From assembly GCA_041664265.1 (NCBI GenBank), contig JBAYLD010000001.1:40051-104050 (forward strand): a stretch of DNA of 64,000 bases. Reading direction: 5' to 3'. This DNA comes from Minisyncoccota bacterium. GTDB taxonomy: Bacteria > Patescibacteriota > Minisyncoccia > Phycocordibacterales > Phycocordibacteraceae. Shown here piece by piece: positions 36,415 to 45,419 of this stretch (its first letter is position 1; every line of letters starts with the position of its first letter). A program made the position numbers and the translations under genes. The notes beneath the pieces were generated by a model. The model did not search any database. It was not told the DNA's origin and saw only the letters and a list, made by a program, of their open reading frames with translations.

Positions 36415-38802
36415 ATGACCACACCCTTTATTCTCTGGATGAAAGATATCGGCATGGAGGATGTCCCCCAAGTGGGCGGCAAGAATGCGTCGCTGGGAGA
36501 GCTGATCCGCTCGGTGGTGCCCAAGGGCGTGCGCGTGCCAGAGGGATTCGCCGTCACTGCCGAAGCGTACTATCATTTTCTCAAACAAACGGGTCTCGAT
36601 ACTTTTATTGCAAAAACGCTTGAGGGATTGAACACGCAGAATCTCAAAGAACTCTCGCGGTGCGGCAAGCTGGTGCGCGACGCAATGCGCTCCACTCCCC
36701 TCCCGACCGATCTTGAGAAAGCGATCAACGAAGCCTACGCACAGATGGAAAAAGAATATGGGAAGAATGTTGACGTGGCAGTACGCTCGAGCGCGACCGC
36801 CGAGGACTTACCGGGTGCGTCGTTTGCCGGCGAACACGAGACGTATCTCAACATCCGCGGAGCTAAGGATGTTGCGCGCGCGACCGTCTGGGCGATGGCA
36901 TCCCTCTTCACCGACCGTGCCATCTCGTATCGGGCCGATAAAGGCTTCGCGCATACGAAGGTAGCCCTCTCGGTGGGTGTGCAGAAGATGGTGCGAAGCG
37001 ACACCGGCGCCTCGGGCGTCATGTTCACCGTGGATACCGAAAGCGGATTCCGCGATCTCGTGCTCATTAACGCCGTGTGGGGATTGGGCGAGATGATCGT
37101 ACAGGGCCATGTAACGCCCGACGAATATCTGGTGATGAAGTCGCACATCGGTGTGGCGAAGAACCCGCTCATAACCAAAAAACTCGGCGTGAAGAATAAG
37201 AAGATGCTCTACGCTCACGGGAAGATCGGTGTCATTCAGACAAAAGTCGTGAAGACATCGACGAAGGAGCAGGAAAGTTTCGTCCTTACCGAAGCTGAGG
37301 CGGTAGAGCTCGCACGCTGGGCCGCGCTTATTGAGAAACATTATTCCGAGCGGGCGAAGACATGGACACCCATGGATATGGAGTGGGCGAAGGATGGCGA
37401 GACAAACGAACTGTATATCGTGCAGGCGCGCCCCGAGACGGTGCAGGCGCGCCGCGACTTCTCGAAGCTCATCGAATACACGGTTACGGGCCAGGGCAAG
37501 ACACTCGTGCAGGGTATCTCGGTCGGCTCAAAGGTCGCCATCGGCACGACGCGCACCATACTAGATCCGAAGCAGATACGAGAGTTTAAGAAGGGCGAGG
37601 TACTCGTCACCACCATGACCGATCCCGATTGGGAGCCGATTATGAAGATGGCATCCGCTATTGTTACGGACCAAGGTGGGCGTACTTCTCATGCGGCAAT
37701 CGTCTCGAGAGAGCTCGGGCTCCCAGCAATCGTGGGTGCGGGCAACGCCACGCGAGTATTAAAAACGGGCACGCTCGTGACGGTCGATACGACTGGAAGC
37801 GTCGGGGTGATTACTGCAGGAAAAGCAAAAATAACAACGCACGAGCACGACATCGGCGCTTTACCAGAGACGAAGACGAAGATCATGGTGAACATCGCAT
37901 CGCCAGATATCGCCTTCGAAACTTCGTTCCTGCCGGTCAAGGGCGTCGGACTCGCGCGTGAAGAATTCATCATCGCCTCCAACATCGGCATCCATCCGCT
38001 CGCCATTCTCAACTTCAAGAAACTCACGCCGAAGTTGCGTGCCGCTATCCAGAAGAAGACGGTCGGATGGAAGAATTCCGTTGACTACTATGTCGATAAT
38101 CTCGCCTACGGCATCGCTAAGATCGGTGCCGCTTTTGCACCGCGCCCCGTTATCGTCCGCTTTTCTGACTTCAAGACGAATGAGTATTCAACGCTCCTCG
38201 GCGGCGAGGCCTATGAGCCAAAAGAGGAGAACCCGATGCTCGGCTGGCGCGGCGCCTCCCGCTACTACGACCCGAAGTTCAAGGATGCGTTTGTATTGGA
38301 GTGCCGTGCTCTCGTAAAGGTGCGCGAAGAAATGGGTCTCGACAACGTCATCCCCATGATCCCCTTCTGCCGCACCGTAGCAGAGGCCGAACAGGTGTTG
38401 GATATCATGAAGAAAAACGGCATTACCGCGCCAATCTACATGATGTGTGAAATCCCCTCGAACGTTATCTTGGCAGAAGAATTCCTCGATCTCTTCGACG
38501 GCATGTCGATCGGTTCGAATGATCTCACCCAGCTCACACTCGGGCTCGATCGCGATTCGGGCATCGTAACGCACATTAGCAACGAAAATGACGAGGCCGT
38601 GCGCGCGTTGATCAGCATGATCATCCGCAAGTGCGCCGCACGCGGGAAGTATCTCGGCATCTGCGGACAAGGTCCTTCAGACCTCCCTGATTTCGCCGAG
38701 TTCTTGGTGAAGGAAGGGATCCCAAGCATGTCGCTCAATCCCGACTCGGTGATAAAAACTTTAGAGAGTATCGCCGAGGTCGAAGAACGGCTGTCCCGCT
38801 AG
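36415..38802 (+). CDS. ppsA: Phosphoenolpyruvate synthase (pyruvate, water dikinase)
   Basis: N-terminal 'VGGKNASLGE', phosphohistidine 'GGRTSHAAIVSRELG', C-terminal PEP-utilizing 'NDLTQ'. 795 aa. Confidence 0.9.
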   Translation: MTTPFILWMKDIGMEDVPQVGGKNASLGELIRSVVPKGVRVPEGFAVTAEAYYHFLKQTGLDTFIAKTLEGLNTQNLKELSRCGKLVRDAMRSTPLPTDLEKAINEAYAQMEKEYGKNVDVAVRSSATAEDLPGASFAGEHETYLNIRGAKDVARATVWAMASLFTDRAISYRADKGFAHTKVALSVGVQKMVRSDTGASGVMFTVDTESGFRDLVLINAVWGLGEMIVQGHVTPDEYLVMKSHIGVAKNPLITKKLGVKNKKMLYAHGKIGVIQTKVVKTSTKEQESFVLTEAEAVELARWAALIEKHYSERAKTWTPMDMEWAKDGETNELYIVQARPETVQARRDFSKLIEYTVTGQGKTLVQGISVGSKVAIGTTRTILDPKQIREFKKGEVLVTTMTDPDWEPIMKMASAIVTDQGGRTSHAAIVSRELGLPAIVGAGNATRVLKTGTLVTVDTTGSVGVITAGKAKITTHEHDIGALPETKTKIMVNIASPDIAFETSFLPVKGVGLAREEFIIASNIGIHPLAILNFKKLTPKLRAAIQKKTVGWKNSVDYYVDNLAYGIAKIGAAFAPRPVIVRFSDFKTNEYSTLLGGEAYEPKEENPMLGWRGASRYYDPKFKDAFVLECRALVKVREEMGLDNVIPMIPFCRTVAEAEQVLDIMKKNGITAPIYMMCEIPSNVILAEEFLDLFDGMSIGSNDLTQLTLGLDRDSGIVTHISNENDEAVRALISMIIRKCAARGKYLGICGQGPSDLPDFAEFLVKEGIPSMSLNPDSVIKTLESIAEVEERLSR

Positions 38803-38803
38803 T

Positions 38804-40036
38804 ATGCGCATCGATCACGTTGAAGCCAAACAGATTCTCGACACGCGCGGCCGCGCGACGTTAGAGACAACACTCCTCGCGAACACACTTTCTGCGACTG
38901 CTTCGGTACCGTCGGGCAAAAGTACTGGCTCACACGAGGCACTTGAACTGCGCGACCCCGACGGGAGCGTCGCGCAAGCAATCGGGAATGTGAATGGAGA
39001 AATCGCGAAAGCGATCGTCGGCCGCCGTTTCGATACGCCCGGTGACCTTGACGCATTTCTCATTGAGCTTGACGGCACTCCGAATAAGTCACGGCTCGGC
39101 GCGAACGCGATTCTCTCGGTCTCTATCGCCGCGATGCGACTCTCCGCCTTTCTGCAGGACATCCCGCTCTGGAGCGCCATCGCGAAGCGTGGCGGTTTCA
39201 CCGCCACAGCACCGCGGCTCTACGTGAACGTGATGAATGGCGGCGCCCATGCCGATTTTAAGCTCCCTTTTCAAGAATATCTTCTGGTGATCGAGGGGAA
39301 GACGAGTGAAGCATTTCCTCTCGCGCAAGAGCTATTCGCGAAGCTTGGTGAACTTCTGTCGAAATCAGATGTCGACAGCAACTGTCGACATCTGATTTCG
39401 ACAAACGGGGTGCCGATGGGCGACGAAGGCGGCTATGCCCCGACCTTCGACACGATCGAGAAGCCGTTTGAGATCCTCTCGTCACTTATCGCCGGACACC
39501 CAAATGTTTCGCTCGCGATCGATGCCGCCGCGAGCGAACTCCTCCATGGTGGCGTATATCAACTGCTTGGAAAATCGTATTCGCCTGACGAGCTCGCAAC
39601 GCTTTACCGTGAGCTTGTCGAACGGTTTCCTATTCATAGCATTGAAGACCCGTTTGCTGAAAATGCGCCCGATGATTTTGCCCAGCTAAACACAACTCTT
39701 GGGCAACAGATCCTCATTATTGGCGACGATCTCACAGTTACTGATCCTGTGCGCATCAAAGATGCTGCTGAACACAAAGCAATAAATGCGGTACTGATTA
39801 AGCCGAACCAGATCGGCACGGTGCGCGAGGCGCTCGAGGCCGTCAAAGAGACATACGTCGCGAGCTTCCAAGCGGTGGCGTCGCACCGCTCGGGCGAAAC
39901 AGGCGACACCTTCATCGCGGACTTCGCCTATGGCGTCGGTGCTCACGGACTCAAGGCCGGCGGCTTCGCACAAAAGGAACGTCTCGTGAAGTATGAGCGC
40001 CTCATGGCGATAGAGCGCGAGACTGCAGCTGTCTAG
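38804..40036 (+). CDS. eno: Enolase (phosphopyruvate hydratase), carrying an in-frame family-B palindromic insertion
   Basis: 'ILDTRGRATLE...SVPSGKSTGSHEALELRD', 'GDEGGYAP', 'IKPNQIGTV'. An extra 'SKSDVDSNCRHLIS' loop lies before GDEGG. Confidence 0.85.
   Translation: MRIDHVEAKQILDTRGRATLETTLLANTLSATASVPSGKSTGSHEALELRDPDGSVAQAIGNVNGEIAKAIVGRRFDTPGDLDAFLIELDGTPNKSRLGANAILSVSIAAMRLSAFLQDIPLWSAIAKRGGFTATAPRLYVNVMNGGAHADFKLPFQEYLLVIEGKTSEAFPLAQELFAKLGELLSKSDVDSNCRHLISTNGVPMGDEGGYAPTFDTIEKPFEILSSLIAGHPNVSLAIDAAASELLHGGVYQLLGKSYSPDELATLYRELVERFPIHSIEDPFAENAPDDFAQLNTTLGQQILIIGDDLTVTDPVRIKDAAEHKAINAVLIKPNQIGTVREALEAVKETYVASFQAVASHRSGETGDTFIADFAYGVGAHGLKAGGFAQKERLVKYERLMAIERETAAV
39357..39403. repeat. 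Family-B palindromic element (22-bp arms, 3-nt spacer) inserted in-frame in eno
   Basis: tgtcgaaatcagatgtcgacag-caa-ctgtcgacatctgatttcgaca. Shares its core with the copy at 35347-35391. Confidence 0.7.
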
Positions 40037-40050
40037 TGTAAGATACGGTT

Positions 40051-41055
40051 ATGAACATTCATTATTTTGGCGGCGAGGAGTGGGAGGAGACATACGTGCG
40101 GGAGAAGTTGGTTGGAGAAGATATCACCTTTCACAAGAATTCTCTTGCTGATTCTCCAGAGATAACCGACCCAGAGGCAGAAGCGCTCTGCACATTTGTT
40201 GAATCGCCGATCGGCGAAACTGAGCTCGCGCGCTTCCCTTCGCTCAAGATTATCGCGACGCGTTCGACCGGCTTCGACCACATCGACCTCGCGGCAGCCA
40301 AGGCGCGCGGCGTCAGTGTGGTGAATGTCCCCTTCTATGGCGAAAACACGGTTGCTGAATTCGCCTTCGCGCTCCTGCTCGCGCTCTCGCGACGCGTCAT
40401 TGACGCCGATGAACACGTACGCGAAACAGGGAACTTTTCACACGACAATCTCCGCGGCTTTGACCTCGCTGGCAAGACGATCGGCGTCGTCGGTTGCGGC
40501 CACATCGGCGCCCATGTTATCCGCATGGCACACGGCTTCGACATGAAGGTGCTCTGCTTTGACGCCCATCAGGACGCTGCACTCACCGAAAAACTCAATT
40601 TTACCTACACACCTCTCGATGATCTCCTCGCAACCTCTGACATTGTCACCATTCACGTTCCCTACAATGAGCACACACATCATCTCATCAATAAAAGCAA
40701 TATCGGCAAGCTGAAGAAGGGAGCCTATCTCATCAACACCGCGCGCGGCGCAGTCGTCGAGACTGACGCGCTCGTGGAGGCGTTGAAAGCGGGTGTCATC
40801 GCCGGCGCCGGGCTCGACGTGCTCGAAGAGGAGGGCGATATGAACGACGAACTTGCACTCCTCACTAATCCGCATCCAAAAGAAGCTGAATTAAAAATCG
40901 CGCTCGAGAATCATTATCTCATCAACCATCCGCGCGTTATCGTCACGCCGCATGTCGCCTTTAACACCACCGAGGCAGTCACCCGCATCCTCGACACCAC
41001 CATCGAGAACTTAAAGGCATTTGCCGCCGGCTCTCCCACCAACCTCGTAGCATAA
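40051..41055 (+). CDS. D-isomer-specific 2-hydroxyacid dehydrogenase (candidate hydroxypyruvate/glycerate dehydrogenase)
   Basis: NAD-binding 'GVVGCGHIGAHV', catalytic 'NTARGAVVE' and 'TPHVAFNT'. Adjacent to the glycerate kinase-ppsA-eno cluster. Confidence 0.75.
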   Translation: MNIHYFGGEEWEETYVREKLVGEDITFHKNSLADSPEITDPEAEALCTFVESPIGETELARFPSLKIIATRSTGFDHIDLAAAKARGVSVVNVPFYGENTVAEFAFALLLALSRRVIDADEHVRETGNFSHDNLRGFDLAGKTIGVVGCGHIGAHVIRMAHGFDMKVLCFDAHQDAALTEKLNFTYTPLDDLLATSDIVTIHVPYNEHTHHLINKSNIGKLKKGAYLINTARGAVVETDALVEALKAGVIAGAGLDVLEEEGDMNDELALLTNPHPKEAELKIALENHYLINHPRVIVTPHVAFNTTEAVTRILDTTIENLKAFAAGSPTNLVA

Positions 41056-41133
41056 GGTGTTTCCTTACGGAGTAAGGTGACACCTTCTGCTTCCTCAAGC
41101 AAGGAGACTCCTCGCTGCGAGGAGTCTCCTTGC
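41056..41133. repeat. Intergenic structured region: a nested partial copy of the GTAAGGTGACACCTT motif plus a 16-bp-arm hairpin gcaaggagactcctcg-ctg-cgaggagtctccttgc
   Basis: Read directly. Lies between the 2-hydroxyacid dehydrogenase stop and infB. No T-tract follows. Confidence 0.45.
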
Positions 41134-41187
41134 CGGCTCTTCCGCGCGATTGCGGAAAACCAATTTTTGTGATGAAATGGAGGCACT

Positions 41188-42657
41188 ATGGCGCGGACAG
41201 CACGACCGCCCATCATCGCGGTGATGGGCCATATAGATCACGGCAAGTCATCGCTTTTGGATTATATCCGCAAGGCGAACGTTGTCGCGGGCGAAGCGGG
41301 CGGCATCACCCAGCATGTCGCCGCCTATATTGCTCTTCATAACGACCGACCAATCACCTTCTTGGACACCCCAGGCCACGAGGCGTTTAAGGCACTCCGC
41401 ACGCGCGGCGCGGCAGCTGCCGACATTGCGATACTGGTCGTCGCGGCTGACGAGGGCGTGATGCCGCAGACGCTTGATGCGCTCGCCGCGATTAAGGACG
41501 CGGGCATCCCTTTCATCGTCGCGATCACCAAGATTGATAAAAATAATGCCGATATCGAGCGCACCAAAAATTCGCTTCTTGAGCACGAGATATTCCTCGA
41601 AGGTATCGGTGGCGACATCGCCTACATGCCGATATCCTCAAAGATCGGCGAAGGGATCCCTGAATTGCTCGATCTCGTGATTCTCGCGACTGATCTCGCG
41701 GAGATAACCGCTGACGCCGACGCGAGCGCGACCGGCTTCGTGTTGGAGTCGACCCAAGATCCGAAACGCGGCTCTTCAGCAACACTCGTCATCAGAGACG
41801 GCTCGCTCGAGACCGGGCGTTTTGTCGTCGCGGGCGATGCGTATGCTCCGATCCGCTTTATTGAAGACTTCCGCGGCAAACGCATAGAAAGAGCTGGCCC
41901 CTCCGAGCCGGTGCGCATATCAGGGTTTAGTAAGCTCCCTGCGGCTGGTTCGCTCTTCAGCATTACAAAAAGCAAGAAGGAGGCGGAGACACTTGCAAAA
42001 GAAGCACGGCTCACAGCTCCGACGCTTTCGGTCGGAGCCCCGACCCCAGAGGGCGTCGGGGAGCTCCCACTCGTCGTGAAGGCAGACGTTGCCGGCTCGG
42101 TAGATGCCATTATCCACGAGCTCTCAAAAATTACCCACGAACGCGGCATCGTCTGCGTAATCGCGTCGGGTGTCGGGAGCGTTTCAGAAAATGATGTCAA
42201 AGTCGCCCACGCCGCCGATGGTGTGATCATCGCCTTCAACGTCGGCACTGACGCCATCGCCCGCGAACTCGCCGACCGCGATTCTGTTGCCATCTTTCCT
42301 TTCTCGATTATTTACGAGCTCTCAGCGAAAGTGCAAGAGCTCCTCACGGCGCGTATACCGGCGATCGAGACAGAAAAGGAGCTCGGCAAAGCGAAGGTGC
42401 TCAAAACCTTTTCATCTGGCGGGAAAAAACATGTACTGGGTCTGCGCTACCTCTCTGGCGTTCTCACGCTCGGGGATCGGGTGAAGATCGTGCGACAGGG
42501 CGTTGAGATAACGAGGGGGACGATAACAAACCTCCAGCAAGCGCGCGCGGATGTGAAAGAAATTAAGGTTGAAGGCGATTTCGGCGCTGAGATTGAGGCG
42601 CGAGAAAACGCAACCTATGGCGACGAGCTCATCGCCTTCGTCGTCACCGAATCATGA
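41188..42657 (+). CDS. infB: Translation initiation factor IF-2, minimal form (G2 domain to C-terminus only)
   Basis: 'RPPIIAVMGHIDHGKSSLLDYIR', 'DTPGHEAF', 'NKIDK' GTPase motifs. 489 aa. rbfA follows with an ATGA overlap. Confidence 0.85.
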   Translation: MARTARPPIIAVMGHIDHGKSSLLDYIRKANVVAGEAGGITQHVAAYIALHNDRPITFLDTPGHEAFKALRTRGAAAADIAILVVAADEGVMPQTLDALAAIKDAGIPFIVAITKIDKNNADIERTKNSLLEHEIFLEGIGGDIAYMPISSKIGEGIPELLDLVILATDLAEITADADASATGFVLESTQDPKRGSSATLVIRDGSLETGRFVVAGDAYAPIRFIEDFRGKRIERAGPSEPVRISGFSKLPAAGSLFSITKSKKEAETLAKEARLTAPTLSVGAPTPEGVGELPLVVKADVAGSVDAIIHELSKITHERGIVCVIASGVGSVSENDVKVAHAADGVIIAFNVGTDAIARELADRDSVAIFPFSIIYELSAKVQELLTARIPAIETEKELGKAKVLKTFSSGGKKHVLGLRYLSGVLTLGDRVKIVRQGVEITRGTITNLQQARADVKEIKVEGDFGAEIEARENATYGDELIAFVVTES

Positions 42658-42998
42658 TGCCGACCCCTCGCGCCGGCAGTTCACACCAGAAGAGCGACCG
42701 CGCTGCCGAGATCGTCGCGCGCGAGGCCGCACAATTCATTGCACGCGAGGCGGGCAGTGAATCCCTTATTACCGTCATCCGCGCGCAAAGCGTCGCACAC
42801 GGTGATCGCATTATGGTCTTTGTCAGCGTCTTTCCTATCGAGAAAGCGCGTGCGGCGATGAGCTTCCTCGAGCGACAACGTGAGGCGTTCTCCGACCATC
42901 TGAAGAGCCATGCGCGCCTACGCCTCCCACGCATCGACTTCATGCTTGATAACGGCGAAGAGAGCGGCGCGCCGCTTGGAGATCAAAGTGTGCGATAG
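42654..42998 (+). CDS. rbfA: Ribosome-binding factor A
   Basis: Follows infB as is typical. 'LITVIRAQSVAHGDRIMVFVSV' and 'LRLPRIDFMLD' match the RbfA KH-like pattern. Confidence 0.55.
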   Translation: MMPTPRAGSSHQKSDRAAEIVAREAAQFIAREAGSESLITVIRAQSVAHGDRIMVFVSVFPIEKARAAMSFLERQREAFSDHLKSHARLRLPRIDFMLDNGEESGAPLGDQSVR

Positions 42999-43012
42999 TA
43001 GTATTAAGAGAC

Positions 43013-43084
43013 GGCCAGATGGCGAAGTGGTAACGCGACGGTCTGCAAAACCGTTATGCGCGGGTTCAATTCCCGCTCTGGCCT
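43013..43084 (+). tRNA. tRNA-Cys (anticodon GCA)
   Basis: Acceptor GGCCAGA/TCTGGCC, anticodon stem ACGGT/ACCGT with loop CTGCAAA, T-loop TTCAATT. Confidence 0.75.
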
Positions 43085-43104
43085 CTGGTAAGATATAGAT
43101 GTTT

Positions 43105-43192
43105 GCCGAGATGGTGGAATGGTAGACACGCGACGCTTAAAACGTTGTAAGCTTTAAATCGGCTTGTGTGGGTTCGAGTCCCACTCTCGGCA
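43105..43192 (+). tRNA. tRNA-Leu (anticodon UAA), type II with long variable arm
   Basis: Acceptor GCCGAGA/TCTCGGC, anticodon loop CTTAAAA, about 19-nt variable arm, T-loop TTCGAGT. Confidence 0.8.
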
Positions 43193-43208
43193 CTGAAGTA
43201 GCATATTA

Positions 43209-44381
43209 TTACCCTTTGATTTCATGAGGCAAATCAAGGATATTTTCGGCTGTCTCCATACTTCCCCGCTGTTTCCTTTGAATTTCCAGCCACCGGTTGA
43301 CCACCGGTTGCCCAAAATCCGCCGCAAGAGCAGCTCTCGGATTCAAGAGATCTATCGCTGCCCGGTAGGAGGAAGGTGCCACATGCGCGTATCGCATCGT
43401 GGTCATGATAGAGGTATGCCCCAAGAGTTCTTTTATTGTGTTCAGGGGCACGCCCTTCATGGAGAGGTGCGAGGCGAACGTGTGCCGCAAGGCGTGCCAG
43501 GTTATCCTCCTGATCCCTGCTTTTTTACATGCTCGCGTCAGTGCGGCACCTAAGCGGCATGCGCTGAAAGGATGCTGCCGTTCATCAGCAAAGACAAACC
43601 CTGATTTTCGCTGCCTTCTGAGCAGGATATCGTAGACATCAACATCAAGCGGAATGGGACGCTCTCGGTTGCTCTTTGGAGATGTCAGCGTCTTGGCACG
43701 ATCGACAAGCGAGTGCCGCACCACCAGGTTTTGGTTTTGCCAGTCGATGGATGTCCACTGGAGCCCCCGCAACTCCCCCAGCCGCATGCCGGTCCGAAGG
43801 CCGGTGAGAATTAAGTCGTACAACACGCCATTCAGCATTCCCTTCGCTCCTATAAGCAACAACTTGGCATCCGCTTCGGAGAGATAGTTTGTCTCAGGCG
43901 GCGGGCACACGAGCCGCTTTATCCGCGGAGGCGTTGATTCAAGCTGTAGCCATTCGTAGGCCGTGGTGAGGCAGGTGTTCAACACGGTTAGGCGATTGTT
44001 CACTGTCTTCCTCGCCGCCCCCTTTTGAAGCGCGTGTGCCTTGTACCGTTCAACATCATGCGCTGTGATTTGCCCGAGGGGCATCTTGCCGAAGAATGGC
44101 AGGAGCGATGATCTGAGGATGTATCTCTTGGTTTGGCATTCCGAAGCCTTGTTATTAGAGATTACGTACTCGTCAAACCAACGTTGGGCAAATTGCGCAA
44201 ATGTCTGTCCTGATTCGTTCGGTTTGGCATTTATGTCCTCACCGTGAGCCAATTTTCGCCGCAAGACAACTTCGTATGCAAGCGCTGCCGCTCTTGAATT
44301 CTCGGGACTTCGCTTTCGATAACGGACATAGTTGAACCAGAAGTCGATCCACCAGGAATTCTTTATCTTTCGTACTGCCAT
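43209..44381 (-). CDS. Tyrosine-type site-specific integrase
   Basis: C-terminal catalytic region 'HALRHTFASHLSMKGVPLNTIKELLGHTSIMTTMRYAHV' (R..HxxR...Y). tRNA-adjacent. Confidence 0.85.
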   Translation of the reverse strand: MAVRKIKNSWWIDFWFNYVRYRKRSPENSRAAALAYEVVLRRKLAHGEDINAKPNESGQTFAQFAQRWFDEYVISNNKASECQTKRYILRSSLLPFFGKMPLGQITAHDVERYKAHALQKGAARKTVNNRLTVLNTCLTTAYEWLQLESTPPRIKRLVCPPPETNYLSEADAKLLLIGAKGMLNGVLYDLILTGLRTGMRLGELRGLQWTSIDWQNQNLVVRHSLVDRAKTLTSPKSNRERPIPLDVDVYDILLRRQRKSGFVFADERQHPFSACRLGAALTRACKKAGIRRITWHALRHTFASHLSMKGVPLNTIKELLGHTSIMTTMRYAHVAPSSYRAAIDLLNPRAALAADFGQPVVNRWLEIQRKQRGSMETAENILDLPHEIKG

Positions 44382-44387
44382 ATTATT

Positions 44388-44651
44388 TCAGCCTATGGAC
44401 TCAACCCGGTGCTTCTGAAGGAACAACAGCAGGCCCCTTCTCGCGAAGCGGACGCTACCGCCCACTTTGTAGAACGGAATGCGCCGCTGTTCTTGTAATC
44501 GTCGTACGCTTGATACGGATATTTTTAGGAATTTCGCAGCTTCAACAACGGTTAGCAATTCCGGCACCGGGTCGAATCCTGTCGGTTTATTTACATCTGT
44601 CAAAGAGCAGTGCGCGGTCGGTGCGACCGGCGGGCTTTGTAATCCTACCAT
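44388..44651 (-). CDS. Excisionase / AlpA-family HTH DNA-binding protein
   Basis: 'LLTVVEAAKFLKISVSSVRRL...IPFYKVGGSVRF' Xis/MerR-like winged HTH. Directly upstream of the integrase. Confidence 0.6.
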   Translation of the reverse strand: MVGLQSPPVAPTAHCSLTDVNKPTGFDPVPELLTVVEAAKFLKISVSSVRRLQEQRRIPFYKVGGSVRFARRGLLLFLQKHRVESIG

Positions 44652-44760
44652 AAGACCAATCTATAGCTTCATGTGGCGGGTGTAAGAAGGGATATTTGGG
44701 CTGAAGGGACAAGGCGCACAACAACGAGTATGTGTATCGCACCTGTCAGGCGGATTTTGC

Positions 44761-44789
44761 TTGACAAGCAAAAAAGGTCTCCCTATACT
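44761..44789 (+). promoter_or_regulatory. Near-consensus sigma70 promoter TTGACA-17-TATACT driving the 5-gene operon
   Basis: -35 at 44761-44766 and -10 at 44784-44789, with the ATG at 44823. Confidence 0.5.
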
Positions 44790-44822
44790 TTGAGCCATAA
44801 AAAGCAATGTCATATTAATAAT

Positions 44823-45416
44823 ATGAAACAAAGCAAGCCTATAGACGAACTCCCGAAAAACGCTAAATTTGTCCTGCCTCCATTTGCTATCGTGATGAAG
44901 GTTGGGCCTCATTCTGGGATGTCGTTAAACGAGATTGTTGAATCGAAGCACAAAGAAGAGGCGCTATACGGAGTACATTATTGGGGGTACTCCGGCAATC
45001 TTTGTCATCCCAGGCGTGTCCTTGATTTTGTTTCGTATGTTTTATCATTCAAGCAAGGGCCACCTAGTTTGCTGCTTATTGAAACAGAAAGTAATTACAG
45101 TACAAGTATTGGTCATATCAACTGCTTCTCAATAGATAGTAAAAACTATGAAAAGTTTGATGGCCCAATTCAACTGCAAGGAGCTCAATATGCATTTGTC
45201 GCACGAAACCTTCACAGGGTGGATCGTGATTTTCAACTCGACCGTTATTCAGTCATAAGTGGCAAGAACGATGGCAAGCCGCTAAGCTTTCATCTCCGGC
45301 AACGAGTCAATAAGGCCTTTGTTAAGAGGACCCCGCGAGCCAAGACATCTCACATATCGCATCTTGCGTACATGGCACAACTTTCTGCGCCGTATGTGTT
45401 TTGGCTAAAGGAATAG
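44823..45416 (+). CDS. Hypothetical protein (first gene of the island operon)
   Basis: ORF with no recognised motifs. Start at MKQSKP (44823) downstream of the consensus promoter. Confidence 0.4.
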   Translation: MKQSKPIDELPKNAKFVLPPFAIVMKVGPHSGMSLNEIVESKHKEEALYGVHYWGYSGNLCHPRRVLDFVSYVLSFKQGPPSLLLIETESNYSTSIGHINCFSIDSKNYEKFDGPIQLQGAQYAFVARNLHRVDRDFQLDRYSVISGKNDGKPLSFHLRQRVNKAFVKRTPRAKTSHISHLAYMAQLSAPYVFWLKE

Positions 45417-45419
45417 GCT

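Noticed and set aside
35193-39403. The intragenic palindromic repeats, considered as a CRISPR array
   Set aside because: The copies are palindromic, irregularly spaced, lie inside conserved enzyme genes in-frame and have no regular repeat-spacer periodicity. No cas genes beyond a lone Cas4-like nuclease 15 kb away.
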